A DNA stretch of 53,326 bases from an uncultured Selenomonadaceae bacterium (GCA_905234505.1 CAJOIA010000005.1:1-53326); one strand, 5' to 3'. Shown: positions 17,891 through 26,339, counted from the first letter of the stretch. Program-made: numbers and translations. Notes: a model not told the origin generated them from the sequence alone.

Positions 17891-18640
17891 AATATTGCTG
17901 TGTTTGCCGCCTTCCGCGATTTTGAAACCGAGCCTCGCAAATTCAAGACTGCGCGAATTTTCTTTCATAACAACAAGTCGCCGCGCAACTCTGCAAGCTT
18001 CACGGACAGAATCAGCGTCAATGGGTCTGTGGTCAGCAACGGGACGAATCGGATTAATGCCGGAACTTTTATTCAGCGCGTGGCGAAACATCGGATCGAA
18101 ATAAACCACGTCAAAAGAATTATCGGCGGCGCTCTTCAAAAAATCTGCGTAGTTGGCAGTTACAACTTTGACGCGGCGCATTGCCTCAATCACCGGCGGC
18201 GTATCGTCAACAAAATTTTTCATACCAAAACGAACAACTTCAGCCAACGCCGGATTAATTTCCAGCGCAGTAACTTTGCCCGAATTGCCGACAATAAAAC
18301 TTTCGACAATTGCATCACTGCCCAAGCCCAGCGTACAGTCAAGAATTTTATCACCGGCTTTAATTTGGGCGGCTTCAATCAAGCGGTCGCCTTCGCCTTG
18401 TCGCAAATTTTTTATCCGCAAATGCGCGGTATTTGGATGGAAATATAAAATTCCTTCAGACGTCCAAATCACCAGCGCATTTTTTTTCGCCAATAAAATA
18501 TTTTCCGCGTCATACATTTTCATAAGCGCGTCGATACCAAAATCTTTGCGCTCAACAAAATTTAAGCCAAGTTTTTCAGCGGTAATTTTAGCCAAATTCA
18601 CGGTTTCAAATTTAGGTTTGCGAATGGTCGTGACAATCAT
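17867..18640 (-). CDS. Class I SAM-dependent methyltransferase, RsmJ-like
   Basis: Contains motif I DCTLGLGSDAI and VVYFDPMF. The start is taken at the ATG at 18640, after GAGGTG; the longer ORF has no support. Confidence 0.75.
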   Translation of the reverse strand: MIVTTIRKPKFETVNLAKITAEKLGLNFVERKDFGIDALMKMYDAENILLAKKNALVIWTSEGILYFHPNTAHLRIKNLRQGEGDRLIEAAQIKAGDKILDCTLGLGSDAIVESFIVGNSGKVTALEINPALAEVVRFGMKNFVDDTPPVIEAMRRVKVVTANYADFLKSAADNSFDVVYFDPMFRHALNKSSGINPIRPVADHRPIDADSVREACRVARRLVVMKENSRSLEFARLGFKIAEGGKHSNISFGVIKS

Positions 18641-18727
18641 AAAATTCACCTCAAAAAATTTAATTGCAAATTGACAGAGTGCGATATTTTTATTAAAGTA
18701 GGAAAAAATTTTGCGGGGGGTGACGAC

Positions 18728-19864
18728 ATGAGCGCGCAGGAAGATCGGCAAAAAGAATTGGCGCGGCAATTTCAGCAAATGGCGCAGCTCACCAAGCAAG
18801 ACGATAAAGACGCTCACCAAAAAAATTTAGCCGGAAATTTTATGCAAATGCTAGAAGCTACAAAAAAATTAGACAGCGACGCGAAACAAAAGCAATGGGC
18901 GGCTCAATTTGCAAAAATGATGCAACAAACTCGTTCTTTTGATTCTGAGCGCGACCGCCTTCAAAAAGCCGGAGAAACAAAAATTTCTAACGCCTTTGCT
19001 CATATGATTCATATGACGCAGCGGCTTGAAGAAGATAATAAGAATCAGTTTGCTTTTCCGCCCGACGTCAACATTGAGCATTTTCCGACGATTGGCGATA
19101 AATTTTTCCATTCGCTTATACAGAAATTACCCAAGCGAATTAGGCTATTCCCGCAAGCTTTACGCCGAAATCCTCGCGCAGTGATAAAATATTTTCTGGC
19201 AATGGTAATCGGGCGCGTGCTAGCAATTACATTGTACGTTATAGCGGCGTTTATTCCTGCCCTGCCTTTGCCGGAATCAGTGACGGGCGTAATTGGCAGA
19301 GCGCCAAATTTTTTAGGAACAGCATTAGGCTCAATGCGCGGGGCGGTTTTAGAATTTAGTCCGCAAGCGATTTTCACGATCGTAGCCAACATTCCGACGG
19401 ATATAAATAAATTGCTACAGAAAATCGGCGAATTTTTCCAGTACTATGGACGGCGCGCAGGGGCATTTTTTGTTAAGGCGATACGTCATCCAAAATGGGC
19501 GGTTAAAGAAATTTGGTTGTTCCTACATTGCAAAAGTTCATTGCTATTTAGAATTGGAAAGGGCGCGTGTGGCGTAGCGTTTTCATTTTTTATAATTAAA
19601 TTGGCGATGATATTTTTATTGCCGCTGTTCGGCGGAATTGCAATAACCGTACTCGGCTTCAAACTTTCGATTGTGTTAATTGTCTTGTTTAAAATGGCGA
19701 TAAGCACGGGCAGCGAAATTATCGGGAAATTAATCGGTCAAAAATTTATTGTAATGGGTAAATATTGTTATGAGCATCCGGAAGAAATTACAAAAATGCT
19801 AAGAATGGCAATGGAAGATTGGAAAAGCAATTGGGTTAATGAGGACGGCAGACCTAAGCAATGA
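18728..19864 (+). CDS. Hypothetical membrane protein with four N-terminal ~23-aa repeats
   Basis: ATG at 18728 follows GGGGGGTGA. The repeats are DRQKELARQFQQMAQLTKQDDK, DAHQKNLAGNFMQMLEATKKLDS, DAKQKQWAAQFAKMMQQTRSFDS and a fourth degenerate copy. Several TM segments follow. The stop overlaps the cobS start (ATGA). Confidence 0.6.
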   Translation: MSAQEDRQKELARQFQQMAQLTKQDDKDAHQKNLAGNFMQMLEATKKLDSDAKQKQWAAQFAKMMQQTRSFDSERDRLQKAGETKISNAFAHMIHMTQRLEEDNKNQFAFPPDVNIEHFPTIGDKFFHSLIQKLPKRIRLFPQALRRNPRAVIKYFLAMVIGRVLAITLYVIAAFIPALPLPESVTGVIGRAPNFLGTALGSMRGAVLEFSPQAIFTIVANIPTDINKLLQKIGEFFQYYGRRAGAFFVKAIRHPKWAVKEIWLFLHCKSSLLFRIGKGACGVAFSFFIIKLAMIFLLPLFGGIAITVLGFKLSIVLIVLFKMAISTGSEIIGKLIGQKFIVMGKYCYEHPEEITKMLRMAMEDWKSNWVNEDGRPKQ

Positions 19865-20634
19865 ATGAATTTTTAATCGGCTTACAATTTTTAACGCGAA
19901 TTTCGATTGTGCGTCAAACGGTGTGGACTGAAGAAAATTTTGGCGGTTCGGTGAAATATTTTCCGGCGATTGGCGCGGTTTTAGGAATTTTATATGCGGC
20001 GGCTCTTGGTGCGGTACATTTTTTTAATTTACCGATATTCACGGGTGCGGTCGGATTTTTTTTGTCAGTGTGGTTAACGGGTGCTATTCATTGCGATGGT
20101 TTGATGGATTCGGCGGATGGTTTATTTTCTGGACGCGAGCGCGAAAAAATGTTAGAAATTATGAAAGACTCTCGCGCAGGAGCATTTGGCGTAGTAGCGC
20201 TTGTGACTGTGGCGGCGTTGGAAATTTCGACGCTGGCAGAGCTGGCAAATTTGCCGGTAATTTGGATTTGCGCAACGGTTTATTCTGCGCCGATAATTGG
20301 GCGGCTGACAATGGTTTTGGTAATTGCGCTTTTCCCATATGCAAGACCAACTGGACTTGGAAAATCTTTCGCTAAATACACTTCGCGCAGAACTTTAGCT
20401 TTGGCGTTAACTGAAACATTTTTTTTATTAATGCCGCTAATTTTTGTAAGTATGACGCTTTTTTTGATAGCGGTAATGGCATTGGGAGCGGCGATAATTT
20501 TTGCGATGTACTTTGGGAGATTTGCGACGGCGAAATTAGGTGGCGTCACTGGAGATATTTACGGCGCAGCGGAAATGTTAAGTGAAACTTTATCGCTGAT
20601 CGTTTTTTTGTTGGCGGCGGTTTACTTGAAATAA
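19861..20634 (+). CDS. cobS: Adenosylcobinamide-GDP ribazoletransferase (cobalamin synthase)
   Basis: 257-aa membrane protein containing HCDGLMDSADGLFS. Confidence 0.9.
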   Translation: MNEFLIGLQFLTRISIVRQTVWTEENFGGSVKYFPAIGAVLGILYAAALGAVHFFNLPIFTGAVGFFLSVWLTGAIHCDGLMDSADGLFSGREREKMLEIMKDSRAGAFGVVALVTVAALEISTLAELANLPVIWICATVYSAPIIGRLTMVLVIALFPYARPTGLGKSFAKYTSRRTLALALTETFFLLMPLIFVSMTLFLIAVMALGAAIIFAMYFGRFATAKLGGVTGDIYGAAEMLSETLSLIVFLLAAVYLK

Positions 20635-20639
20635 AAAAA

Positions 20640-20687
20640 GTGACATGTGACAAATTCACTTATCACATATCACCTATCACTTATCAC
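20640..20687. repeat. Heptad hairpin element, GTGA/TCAC subfamily
   Basis: Sequence: gtgacatgtgac, loop aaat, then tcactta tcacata tcaccta tcactta tcac. The stop TGA of the convergent gene at 20684 lies in the last unit. Confidence 0.7.
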
Positions 20688-20971
20688 TCAAAAACATTAT
20701 GCTTGACGCGCTCGTGTTCTTCGGATTGTTTTGCGTCATTCCAAGATTTTAAATCTCCGGTTAAATATCCTGTCACTCGGCGGATTCGCTCGAATTTTTC
20801 ACCTCGCGCTTCATAATTCACGTCAATTTTTCCGTCGTCGCACATTTTAACTTCAATGCTTTTCAGCGGAGTTTCAACGCGTTCACGTACATAATCAACG
20901 TAATTTTTCGCTTCTGCTTCTGTGAAATCGTCAAGTCCAATCGCCGTAACTTTTACGCCGTCAATTATCAT
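20684..20971 (-). CDS. Small protein resembling the C-terminal glycyl-radical segment of anaerobic ribonucleotide reductase NrdD
   Basis: The C-terminus ERIRRVTGYLTGDLKSWNDAKQSEEHERVKH resembles the NrdD RVxGYLG...N.GK..E...RVKH tail. The ATG at 20971 lies 5 nt after the mscS stop. Confidence 0.5.
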   Translation of the reverse strand: MIIDGVKVTAIGLDDFTEAEAKNYVDYVRERVETPLKSIEVKMCDDGKIDVNYEARGEKFERIRRVTGYLTGDLKSWNDAKQSEEHERVKHNVFE

Positions 20972-20976
20972 AAGCC

Positions 20977-22074
20977 TCAACCTTTCCTAATAGAAATTTT
21001 ATCAGCATTAGAATCCGGCAACATAACCGTACGAATCGGGAACGGAATTTCAATGCCTTCTTCGCGATAACGCTGAGTAATTGCCTTTATAAATTCGTGT
21101 TTAATTTTCAGTTGCTTGGTATAAACCGAGCCGTGCAAAACGGCCCAGAAATTAATTGACGATTCGCCGAAATCTTGAAAAAGTACTGCTGGGTGAAGAG
21201 CGCTTGATCTATCATTCGGATTATAATCATCCCACTTCGTTTGAACTGCGCGAGCAACTTCCAATGTGACGCGCTCAACTTTTTCTAAATCGCTGTCATA
21301 CGCAACGCCCATATTAATGACGATACCGACATCATCGCGCGGGCGTGAAAAGTTCGTAATGACTGCACCGGCGATATTTTTATTTGGTATGACGATAACG
21401 CTGCCGTCTGCCGCAGGTGTAATCGTTGTAAAGCGCAGGTTAATATCGGTAACGCGCCCTTCTTCGCCGGAGCTTAATTTAATATAGTCATTAATTTTAA
21501 CTTGGCGCGTGATAATTATGTGCAGACCGGAAAAAACATTAGCGACAGTTTCTTGAACACCGAAAGCCACCGCCATACCACCAACGCCCATTGCTGTTAT
21601 AATCGGCGCGATTGAAATTCCATAATACTGCAAGATAATCAATGCGCTTGAGGCGTAAATAAAAGTTTTAAAAATCGTACCGAGCAAACTGGATTGCGCG
21701 ACATTATTTGAGTTCGACAGTTTCCAATTAATGAAACCGGAAAGCGTCCTCTCAATGACGCGCGTTAATGTGAAAACAATGACCGTGAACAACAGATATG
21801 AAAAAATTCTTACAAGCCCTTCAGGCAAATAATTCGAGGTGTTAACAATCCAATACAAACCGGTTATTAAACACATTGAGATCGGCAATCCCTGCAAGGC
21901 GTTGAAGAAAATATTTTTAATGCGCGATTCGTCGTCATAGATGCGTTCTTTTATTCGGTTATGCAGCATACTATTCAACGCGATACCCACGAAAAGCGAT
22001 ATAGCCAAAATACAACTCGGCATTATCAATTTATCTGCCAGCGCCAACCAATCGATATTTTGAAGATGTTCCAA
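20977..22074 (-). CDS. Mechanosensitive channel, MscS family
   Basis: 365 aa with N-terminal TM helices and an MscS beta domain (GLHIIITRQVKINDYIKL...GRVTDINLRFTTI). Confidence 0.9.
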   Translation of the reverse strand: MEHLQNIDWLALADKLIMPSCILAISLFVGIALNSMLHNRIKERIYDDESRIKNIFFNALQGLPISMCLITGLYWIVNTSNYLPEGLVRIFSYLLFTVIVFTLTRVIERTLSGFINWKLSNSNNVAQSSLLGTIFKTFIYASSALIILQYYGISIAPIITAMGVGGMAVAFGVQETVANVFSGLHIIITRQVKINDYIKLSSGEEGRVTDINLRFTTITPAADGSVIVIPNKNIAGAVITNFSRPRDDVGIVINMGVAYDSDLEKVERVTLEVARAVQTKWDDYNPNDRSSALHPAVLFQDFGESSINFWAVLHGSVYTKQLKIKHEFIKAITQRYREEGIEIPFPIRTVMLPDSNADKISIRKG

Positions 22075-22122
22075 AAAAAATTACCCCTCTCAAAATGTAA
22101 CTAGAAAATTTCAAGCGGGCGT

Positions 22123-22151
22123 ATTCTATCACAAAGATTTTTCACTTGCAA
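22123..22151 (-). promoter_or_regulatory. sigma70 promoter of the mscS operon
   Basis: Reverse strand reads TTGCAA-N17 (ending TGa)-TAGAAT. Confidence 0.4.
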
Positions 22152-22198
22152 CGTTGAAAAATTTTCATTCGCGGTTTATCATTGCGCGGGGTGATTTT

Positions 22199-22714
22199 AT
22201 GATTTTGATTGAAGGCAAAAGGCTCAAACTTCGTCGCGCAGAAATTACCGATTTAGATTATATTTTCAATCTGCAATACAAACCGGAAAATATTAAATTT
22301 ATTTATCCCTTCAGCAAAGATTTTCACACGGCGATTATTAATTCTGACAACGCGGAGAAAATGGACGTCATCATTGAAGAAATTGAAACCGGTGAAGCTG
22401 TTGGATATTTTATGCTTTGTGAGCTGAATGATATTGGTATTGAGTGGCGACACGTTATCATTGACAAGAAAGGCATGGGATACGGGCGCGAAAGTTTAAA
22501 CTTGCTTATGCAATGGAGCTTCGAAATTAAAAAATTTCATCGCGGTTGGCTCGATTGTAAAATTTATAATGAAGTTGCTCTACATTTGTATGAAAGTTCA
22601 GGGCTGCAGCGGGAAGGAATTTCGCGCGAATGTATTTTAATCAATGGCGTTTATGAAGATTTGATTGTGCTCAGTATCCTTGACAGAGAATATTTTGCGT
22701 TGAAAAAATTATAA
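22199..22714 (+). CDS. GNAT-family N-acetyltransferase
   Basis: Contains a RimJ/RimL-like GNAT core (IDKKGMGYGRESL...). ATG at 22199 follows GGGGTGA. Confidence 0.8.
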   Translation: MILIEGKRLKLRRAEITDLDYIFNLQYKPENIKFIYPFSKDFHTAIINSDNAEKMDVIIEEIETGEAVGYFMLCELNDIGIEWRHVIIDKKGMGYGRESLNLLMQWSFEIKKFHRGWLDCKIYNEVALHLYESSGLQREGISRECILINGVYEDLIVLSILDREYFALKKL

Positions 22715-22721
22715 CTTTATA

Positions 22722-22896
22722 TCGGCATTTCTTTCTTTTTGTAAAAATAAAGAAACGCCTGCGCGGTTTGCGAAAGCAAAGCGTGCTCTTTAGTACAAAG
22801 AAAGAAAAACGAATTTTAATTGCTCCCGCGAGATCAGACAAGAGTGATAATTTTCAATCCTTGAAAATGGCGCGGGAAGCGCGCGTCCTGCGCGCT
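22722..22896 (+). repeat. Mosaic structured intergenic repeat, copy C
   Basis: The first 38 nt are identical to copy A. It carries a private insert, tgcgcggtttgcgaaagcaaagcgtgctctttagta. The attgctcccgcgagatcagacaagag block is identical to copy A. Its terminal hairpin is agcgcgc-gtcct-gcgcgct. Confidence 0.85.
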
Positions 22897-22943
22897 TCAT
22901 TTATGTATAATGTTTAAATTAAAATTATGTCTAATGTTTAAAC

Positions 22944-22985
22944 TAAAAAAATCCGCCCCCATTTCGGAACGGATCTTTTTTTATA
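22944..22985. terminator. Bidirectional terminator-like hairpin 3' of the flavodoxin gene
   Basis: AAAAAAA-atccg...cggat-cTTTTTTT. The stem is short, but it is flanked by A and T runs. Confidence 0.4.
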
Positions 22986-23000
22986 GAGTCAAAAAATGAA

Positions 23001-23432
23001 TTACAGCGCTTTAGCTAAGGATTCACCAAGTTTTTCACAATCTGCAATAGCATCAGCATCAGGCGCATTCTCAGCAATTACGTTACCAATAACTTTTGCA
23101 CCAGCATCTTTAGCGCGCTCAAACCAATTTTCCATCCAAACGCCGCCACCCCAGCCATAAGAACCAAAAAGCACTACCGGAACACCTTTAAGTTTCGCTT
23201 CGGCGTCTGTAAAAAACGGCTCGAATGAATCTTCTTCCAAAACTTCGTCACCCATTGCAGGACAACCAAATGCAAAACCGTTATATTTCGACATCTCGTC
23301 AGCGTTAAAATCGTCAACCTGGAACAGCTCAACCTCCGCGCCGCCAGCCTTCACACCTTTAACAACAGCGTTTGCCATAGCTTCTGTATTGCCCGTGCCG
23401 CTCCAATAAACGACCGCTACTTTGCTCATCAA
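23001..23432 (-). CDS. Short-chain flavodoxin
   Basis: 143 aa containing VVYWSGTGNTEAMA (FMN phosphate loop). Confidence 0.9.
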   Translation of the reverse strand: MMSKVAVVYWSGTGNTEAMANAVVKGVKAGGAEVELFQVDDFNADEMSKYNGFAFGCPAMGDEVLEEDSFEPFFTDAEAKLKGVPVVLFGSYGWGGGVWMENWFERAKDAGAKVIGNVIAENAPDADAIADCEKLGESLAKAL

Positions 23433-23486
23433 AAATCCCTCCTCAATTTCGCGCTCATATTAGCACAGCGCCCCTGCCTCGTCAAG

Positions 23487-24629
23487 TTATCTCAAATTTG
23501 CTTTGAAGAAACTTTCAATCTTATCAAAAGGTATTGCATTAAAATTATCGTACAAATCAATATGCGACGCGCCAGGTATTATCATCAACTCTTTATTGCC
23601 GATTGTTCTATTTTTGCCATTCGACTTAACGCCGGTCATTTTCTCAAATGCATCTTCGCTGAAATATCTGCTGTGAGCCTTTTCACCGTGAATTATCAGC
23701 ACCGGATTTTGAATTTCGCTAATATAACTGAGTTGCGGCATATTCATAAATGACAGAGCGCTTGTAGCATTCCAGCCGCCATTTGAATTAGGCGAACGTT
23801 TATGATAGCCGCGCGCTGTTTTATAATAAGCGTGATAATCTTTGACAAATTGCGGCATACCGGCTGGATTTTCGACAACGCCTCCTGCGCGAGAGTACGC
23901 TCCTGCTTGATAATCGGCGGTACGTTGTGCATTCAGAAGTTGCCGATTTTGCATGCGCTCAGCCGCCAGAGTCTTTTTATCTTTGCTCTTGTCGAAATAA
24001 TCATTAGCCATAACGCGGCTCATATCATACATTGTCGTTGTCACAGTGGCTTTAATTCGCGTGTCAATCGCCGCCACATTCAGCGCAATTCCGCCCCAAC
24101 CGCAAATCCCAATGATACCGATTTTATCGGCGTCAACATTATCAAGCGTAGACAGAAAATCTACTGCCGCGCTAAAATCTTCAGTGTTAATATCGGGCGA
24201 GGCAACAAAGCGAGGATAACCGCCACTTTCGCCGGTAAACGAAGGATCAAACGCGATTGTCAGAAAACCGCGTTCAGCCATTTCTTGAGCGTATAAACCG
24301 GAAATTTGCTCTTTAACTGCACCGAAAGCTCCACAAATCGCCAGCGCAGGCAATTTTCCTGAAATATTTTTAGGCGTGTACATATCAGCGGCAAGCGTTA
24401 TCCCATAGCGATTTACAAAAGTAACTTTTTGATGATTAACCTTGTCGCTTTTCGGAAAAACTTTGTCCCATTCCTTAACAAGTTTTAATTTTTCAACTTT
24501 AATGGTACTTGTTGCGTTGTTTCCTGCGGAATTTGGAATTTTGGCGGCGTCGACAGTTCCAGCCAATGACGCGCCAATTACGCTAAATCCGAGCATTGCG
24601 ACTAAAAACTTTTTAAAATTTTTCTTCAC
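23487..24629 (-). CDS. Secreted alpha/beta hydrolase with a G-x-C-x-G nucleophile elbow
   Basis: Has a signal peptide (KKNFKKFLVAMLGFSVIGASLAGTVDA), a GIIGICGWGG elbow and C-terminal IIPGASHIDLYD. The ORF can extend to a GTG at 24638; the GTG at 24629 has better spacing to AGGA. Confidence 0.75.
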   Translation of the reverse strand: MKKNFKKFLVAMLGFSVIGASLAGTVDAAKIPNSAGNNATSTIKVEKLKLVKEWDKVFPKSDKVNHQKVTFVNRYGITLAADMYTPKNISGKLPALAICGAFGAVKEQISGLYAQEMAERGFLTIAFDPSFTGESGGYPRFVASPDINTEDFSAAVDFLSTLDNVDADKIGIIGICGWGGIALNVAAIDTRIKATVTTTMYDMSRVMANDYFDKSKDKKTLAAERMQNRQLLNAQRTADYQAGAYSRAGGVVENPAGMPQFVKDYHAYYKTARGYHKRSPNSNGGWNATSALSFMNMPQLSYISEIQNPVLIIHGEKAHSRYFSEDAFEKMTGVKSNGKNRTIGNKELMIIPGASHIDLYDNFNAIPFDKIESFFKANLR

Positions 24630-24662
24630 ACTCAACACATCCTAGCAATTTTGTTAAAAATA

Positions 24663-24691
24663 ATTTTAGCAAAAACATTTCGCGCAGTCAA
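24663..24691 (-). promoter_or_regulatory. Candidate sigma70 promoter of the hydrolase gene
   Basis: Reverse strand reads TTGACT-N17-TAAAAT, between the RNA terminator and the hydrolase start. Confidence 0.4.
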
Positions 24692-24720
24692 AGTAACGTT
24701 AATCAGATTAAATTTTTCCC

Positions 24721-24920
24721 AAAAAAATTACTCCCGTTGCAAATTCAGCGGGAGCTTATTTATGCCGTCAGTAACCCCACGCCTAAAGGCGGGGGCTTGC
24801 AGTTAGATTTCTCCACCGCGTACGGCTGACTGACTGCAGCCCTGCAACTAAGTTGCAGCATTGATTGTCTTTCGACAAAATCGGGTGCCTTAAAGCTGGA
24901 GCTACAACCGTTTGCCCGAT
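24721..24920 (-). ncRNA. Unclassified structured RNA of about 200 nt (stand-alone sRNA or riboswitch-like leader)
   Basis: It has its own promoter (24927-24955). Predicted hairpins: aucggg...cccgau (24880-24920), uugucGAAAgacaa (24865-24878, GNRA loop), cugcaacUUAguugcag (24842-24858), ccgUACGcgg (24816-24825, UNCG loop) and cccccgccUUUAggcgugggg (24775-24795). It ends in the terminator cucccg...cgggag plus U7 (24721-24754). Confidence 0.6.
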
Positions 24921-24926
24921 AATCGA

Positions 24927-24955
24927 ATTATAATTAATTGTACAAAAAAAATCAA
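24927..24955 (-). promoter_or_regulatory. sigma70 promoter of the structured RNA
   Basis: Reverse strand reads TTGATT-N17-TATAAT. The predicted start A at 24920 is the first base of the 5' hairpin. Confidence 0.55.
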
Positions 24956-24960
24956 TACAA

Positions 24961-25020
24961 AAAGAAAGGAAGGAACGCCGCCTTCCTCCCCACAGCTAAA
25001 GCAAAGGGCTTCCGGCGGCG
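24961..25020 (-). terminator. Terminator after the upstream hydrolase gene
   Basis: Reverse strand reads cgccgcc..ccc...ggg..ggcggcg followed by a U-rich tail (ttccttcctttcttttt). Confidence 0.5.
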
Positions 25021-25044
25021 CGTTTTCGGTGAAATTAATTCAGT

Positions 25045-25908
25045 TTACTTTAATTGGCTAATGAAATAATCGGCAACCAACCTAGCCGGAACAGCATCAT
25101 TTTGAGTAAAGCTGTGGTCGAAGCCTTCTAAAAGTTCCAATTCAGCGCCGCCGTGATAAATTTCTTGATAGCGCAAAGCGTACGTATAAGGCACAACTGT
25201 ATCAATCAAGCCGTGCACAATGAAAACTGGTCCGTCATAGTTTTCAGCAGTTTCATAAATTGGAAGATTTTGCGCGGTTAAAACATAATTTTTGCCGAGT
25301 CTCAAATTTCCACGACCTATATCAAAATCGTAGTATTCCGCTAAATTAATTGCATCGTACTGATTGCCGAATAACAAACCGCGAATAGCATCGTCGCGCA
25401 GAACAGCCGCCGGAGCCATTAACGCGATACTTTTAATTTCTTCGCTGCCAAGCTGACCGGCAACCATACTAGTTACAACGCCGCCCTGCGAATGACCGAC
25501 AACTGATATGCTCGTTACGCCGCGCATATCCCGCGCGTATTCAATCACGTGCTTTACGTCTTCAATTTCATTTGGTACAGTCATATCTTGAAAGCGACCT
25601 TCGCTCTCGCCGTGACCATTAAAATCAAAGCGAATGGACGCGATACCTGCTGCCTCAAGATAATCAGCAAGCTTCATCAACATCGGCTGATTTTTATTCG
25701 CTGTGAAACCGTGACAAATTACAACCAGCGGATAACTATTTTGCCCGTTCGGCGTTTGAATCACTGCTGAAAGTCTGCCGTGATCGCCGTCAATCCAAAC
25801 GTTGCGGCTCTGCGCGAATGTTACTGAAGGCAACAGCCATAACGCCGCCAATACCAGCCCAAACAAGAATTTTAACACGAATACCACTCCCTTAAAATTA
25901 TTTTTCAA
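25045..25908 (-). CDS. Secreted alpha/beta hydrolase (GHSQGG serine elbow)
   Basis: 287 aa with a signal peptide, HGFTANKN, and a GHSQGG nucleophile elbow. Confidence 0.85.
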   Translation of the reverse strand: MKNNFKGVVFVLKFLFGLVLAALWLLPSVTFAQSRNVWIDGDHGRLSAVIQTPNGQNSYPLVVICHGFTANKNQPMLMKLADYLEAAGIASIRFDFNGHGESEGRFQDMTVPNEIEDVKHVIEYARDMRGVTSISVVGHSQGGVVTSMVAGQLGSEEIKSIALMAPAAVLRDDAIRGLLFGNQYDAINLAEYYDFDIGRGNLRLGKNYVLTAQNLPIYETAENYDGPVFIVHGLIDTVVPYTYALRYQEIYHGGAELELLEGFDHSFTQNDAVPARLVADYFISQLK

Positions 25909-26338
25909 ACCTTACACGAATATTACCATTTCCAACAGCCTCAATCAAGCCGTCAGTATTCATAATCTTGCCGAGCGGCGTGTAGTTGTACATTGTTTGA
26001 AAATCCTGGTAAAAAATGACAATGGTATTCGACGCCCAAAGCATAATGTCGCCGGTGTGAATCAGCATTACGCTGGTATCGCGCGTTGGCAAATTTTTAT
26101 CAAAGCTGTAATATTTTTCGTTGCCGTTAAGTTCCCGCATTTCAATATCGAGCGGAAATTTTTCAATCAAAGCTTGCGACGAAGGCGTATCAGCTAAAAT
26201 TGCGTCGAAAGTTTTTTCGCCAATAATAATTTTAATCGGAATTGAAGTTGGCGGCTTAACTCCAGAATTAGCTATAGCGCCGCAGCCGGTCAATGATAAT
26301 CCTGCTAAAATCAGCGTTGCCAACAAAAATTTTTTCAC
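25898..26338 (-). CDS. Cyclophilin-like-fold lipoprotein
   Basis: Lipobox LSLTGC. Contains FDAILADTPSSQALIEKFPLDIEMRELNGNEKYY...GDIMLWASNTIVIFY, which is typical of the cyclophilin-like superfamily. Confidence 0.6.
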   Translation of the reverse strand: MKKFLLATLILAGLSLTGCGAIANSGVKPPTSIPIKIIIGEKTFDAILADTPSSQALIEKFPLDIEMRELNGNEKYYSFDKNLPTRDTSVMLIHTGDIMLWASNTIVIFYQDFQTMYNYTPLGKIMNTDGLIEAVGNGNIRVRFEK

Positions 26339-26339
26339 G

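Noticed and set aside
17569-17946. 125-aa minus-strand ORF
   Set aside because: It is the mirror image of the plus-strand Gly/Ala-rich ORF. Its A/P/K-rich product is typical of an antisense frame, no RBS is present, and it overlaps the methyltransferase 3' end in the wrong frame.
24721-24920. Assigning the structured RNA to c-di-GMP-I, cobalamin, T-box, glycine, 6S or SRP families
   Set aside because: Only short partial matches exist (gggcaaac; gcaagcc...ggggttac; ggtggag), in the wrong order or spacing. There is no B12 box, no T-box sequence, no GGAAGCAGC SRP motif and no closing 5'/3' stem as in 6S. It is left unclassified.
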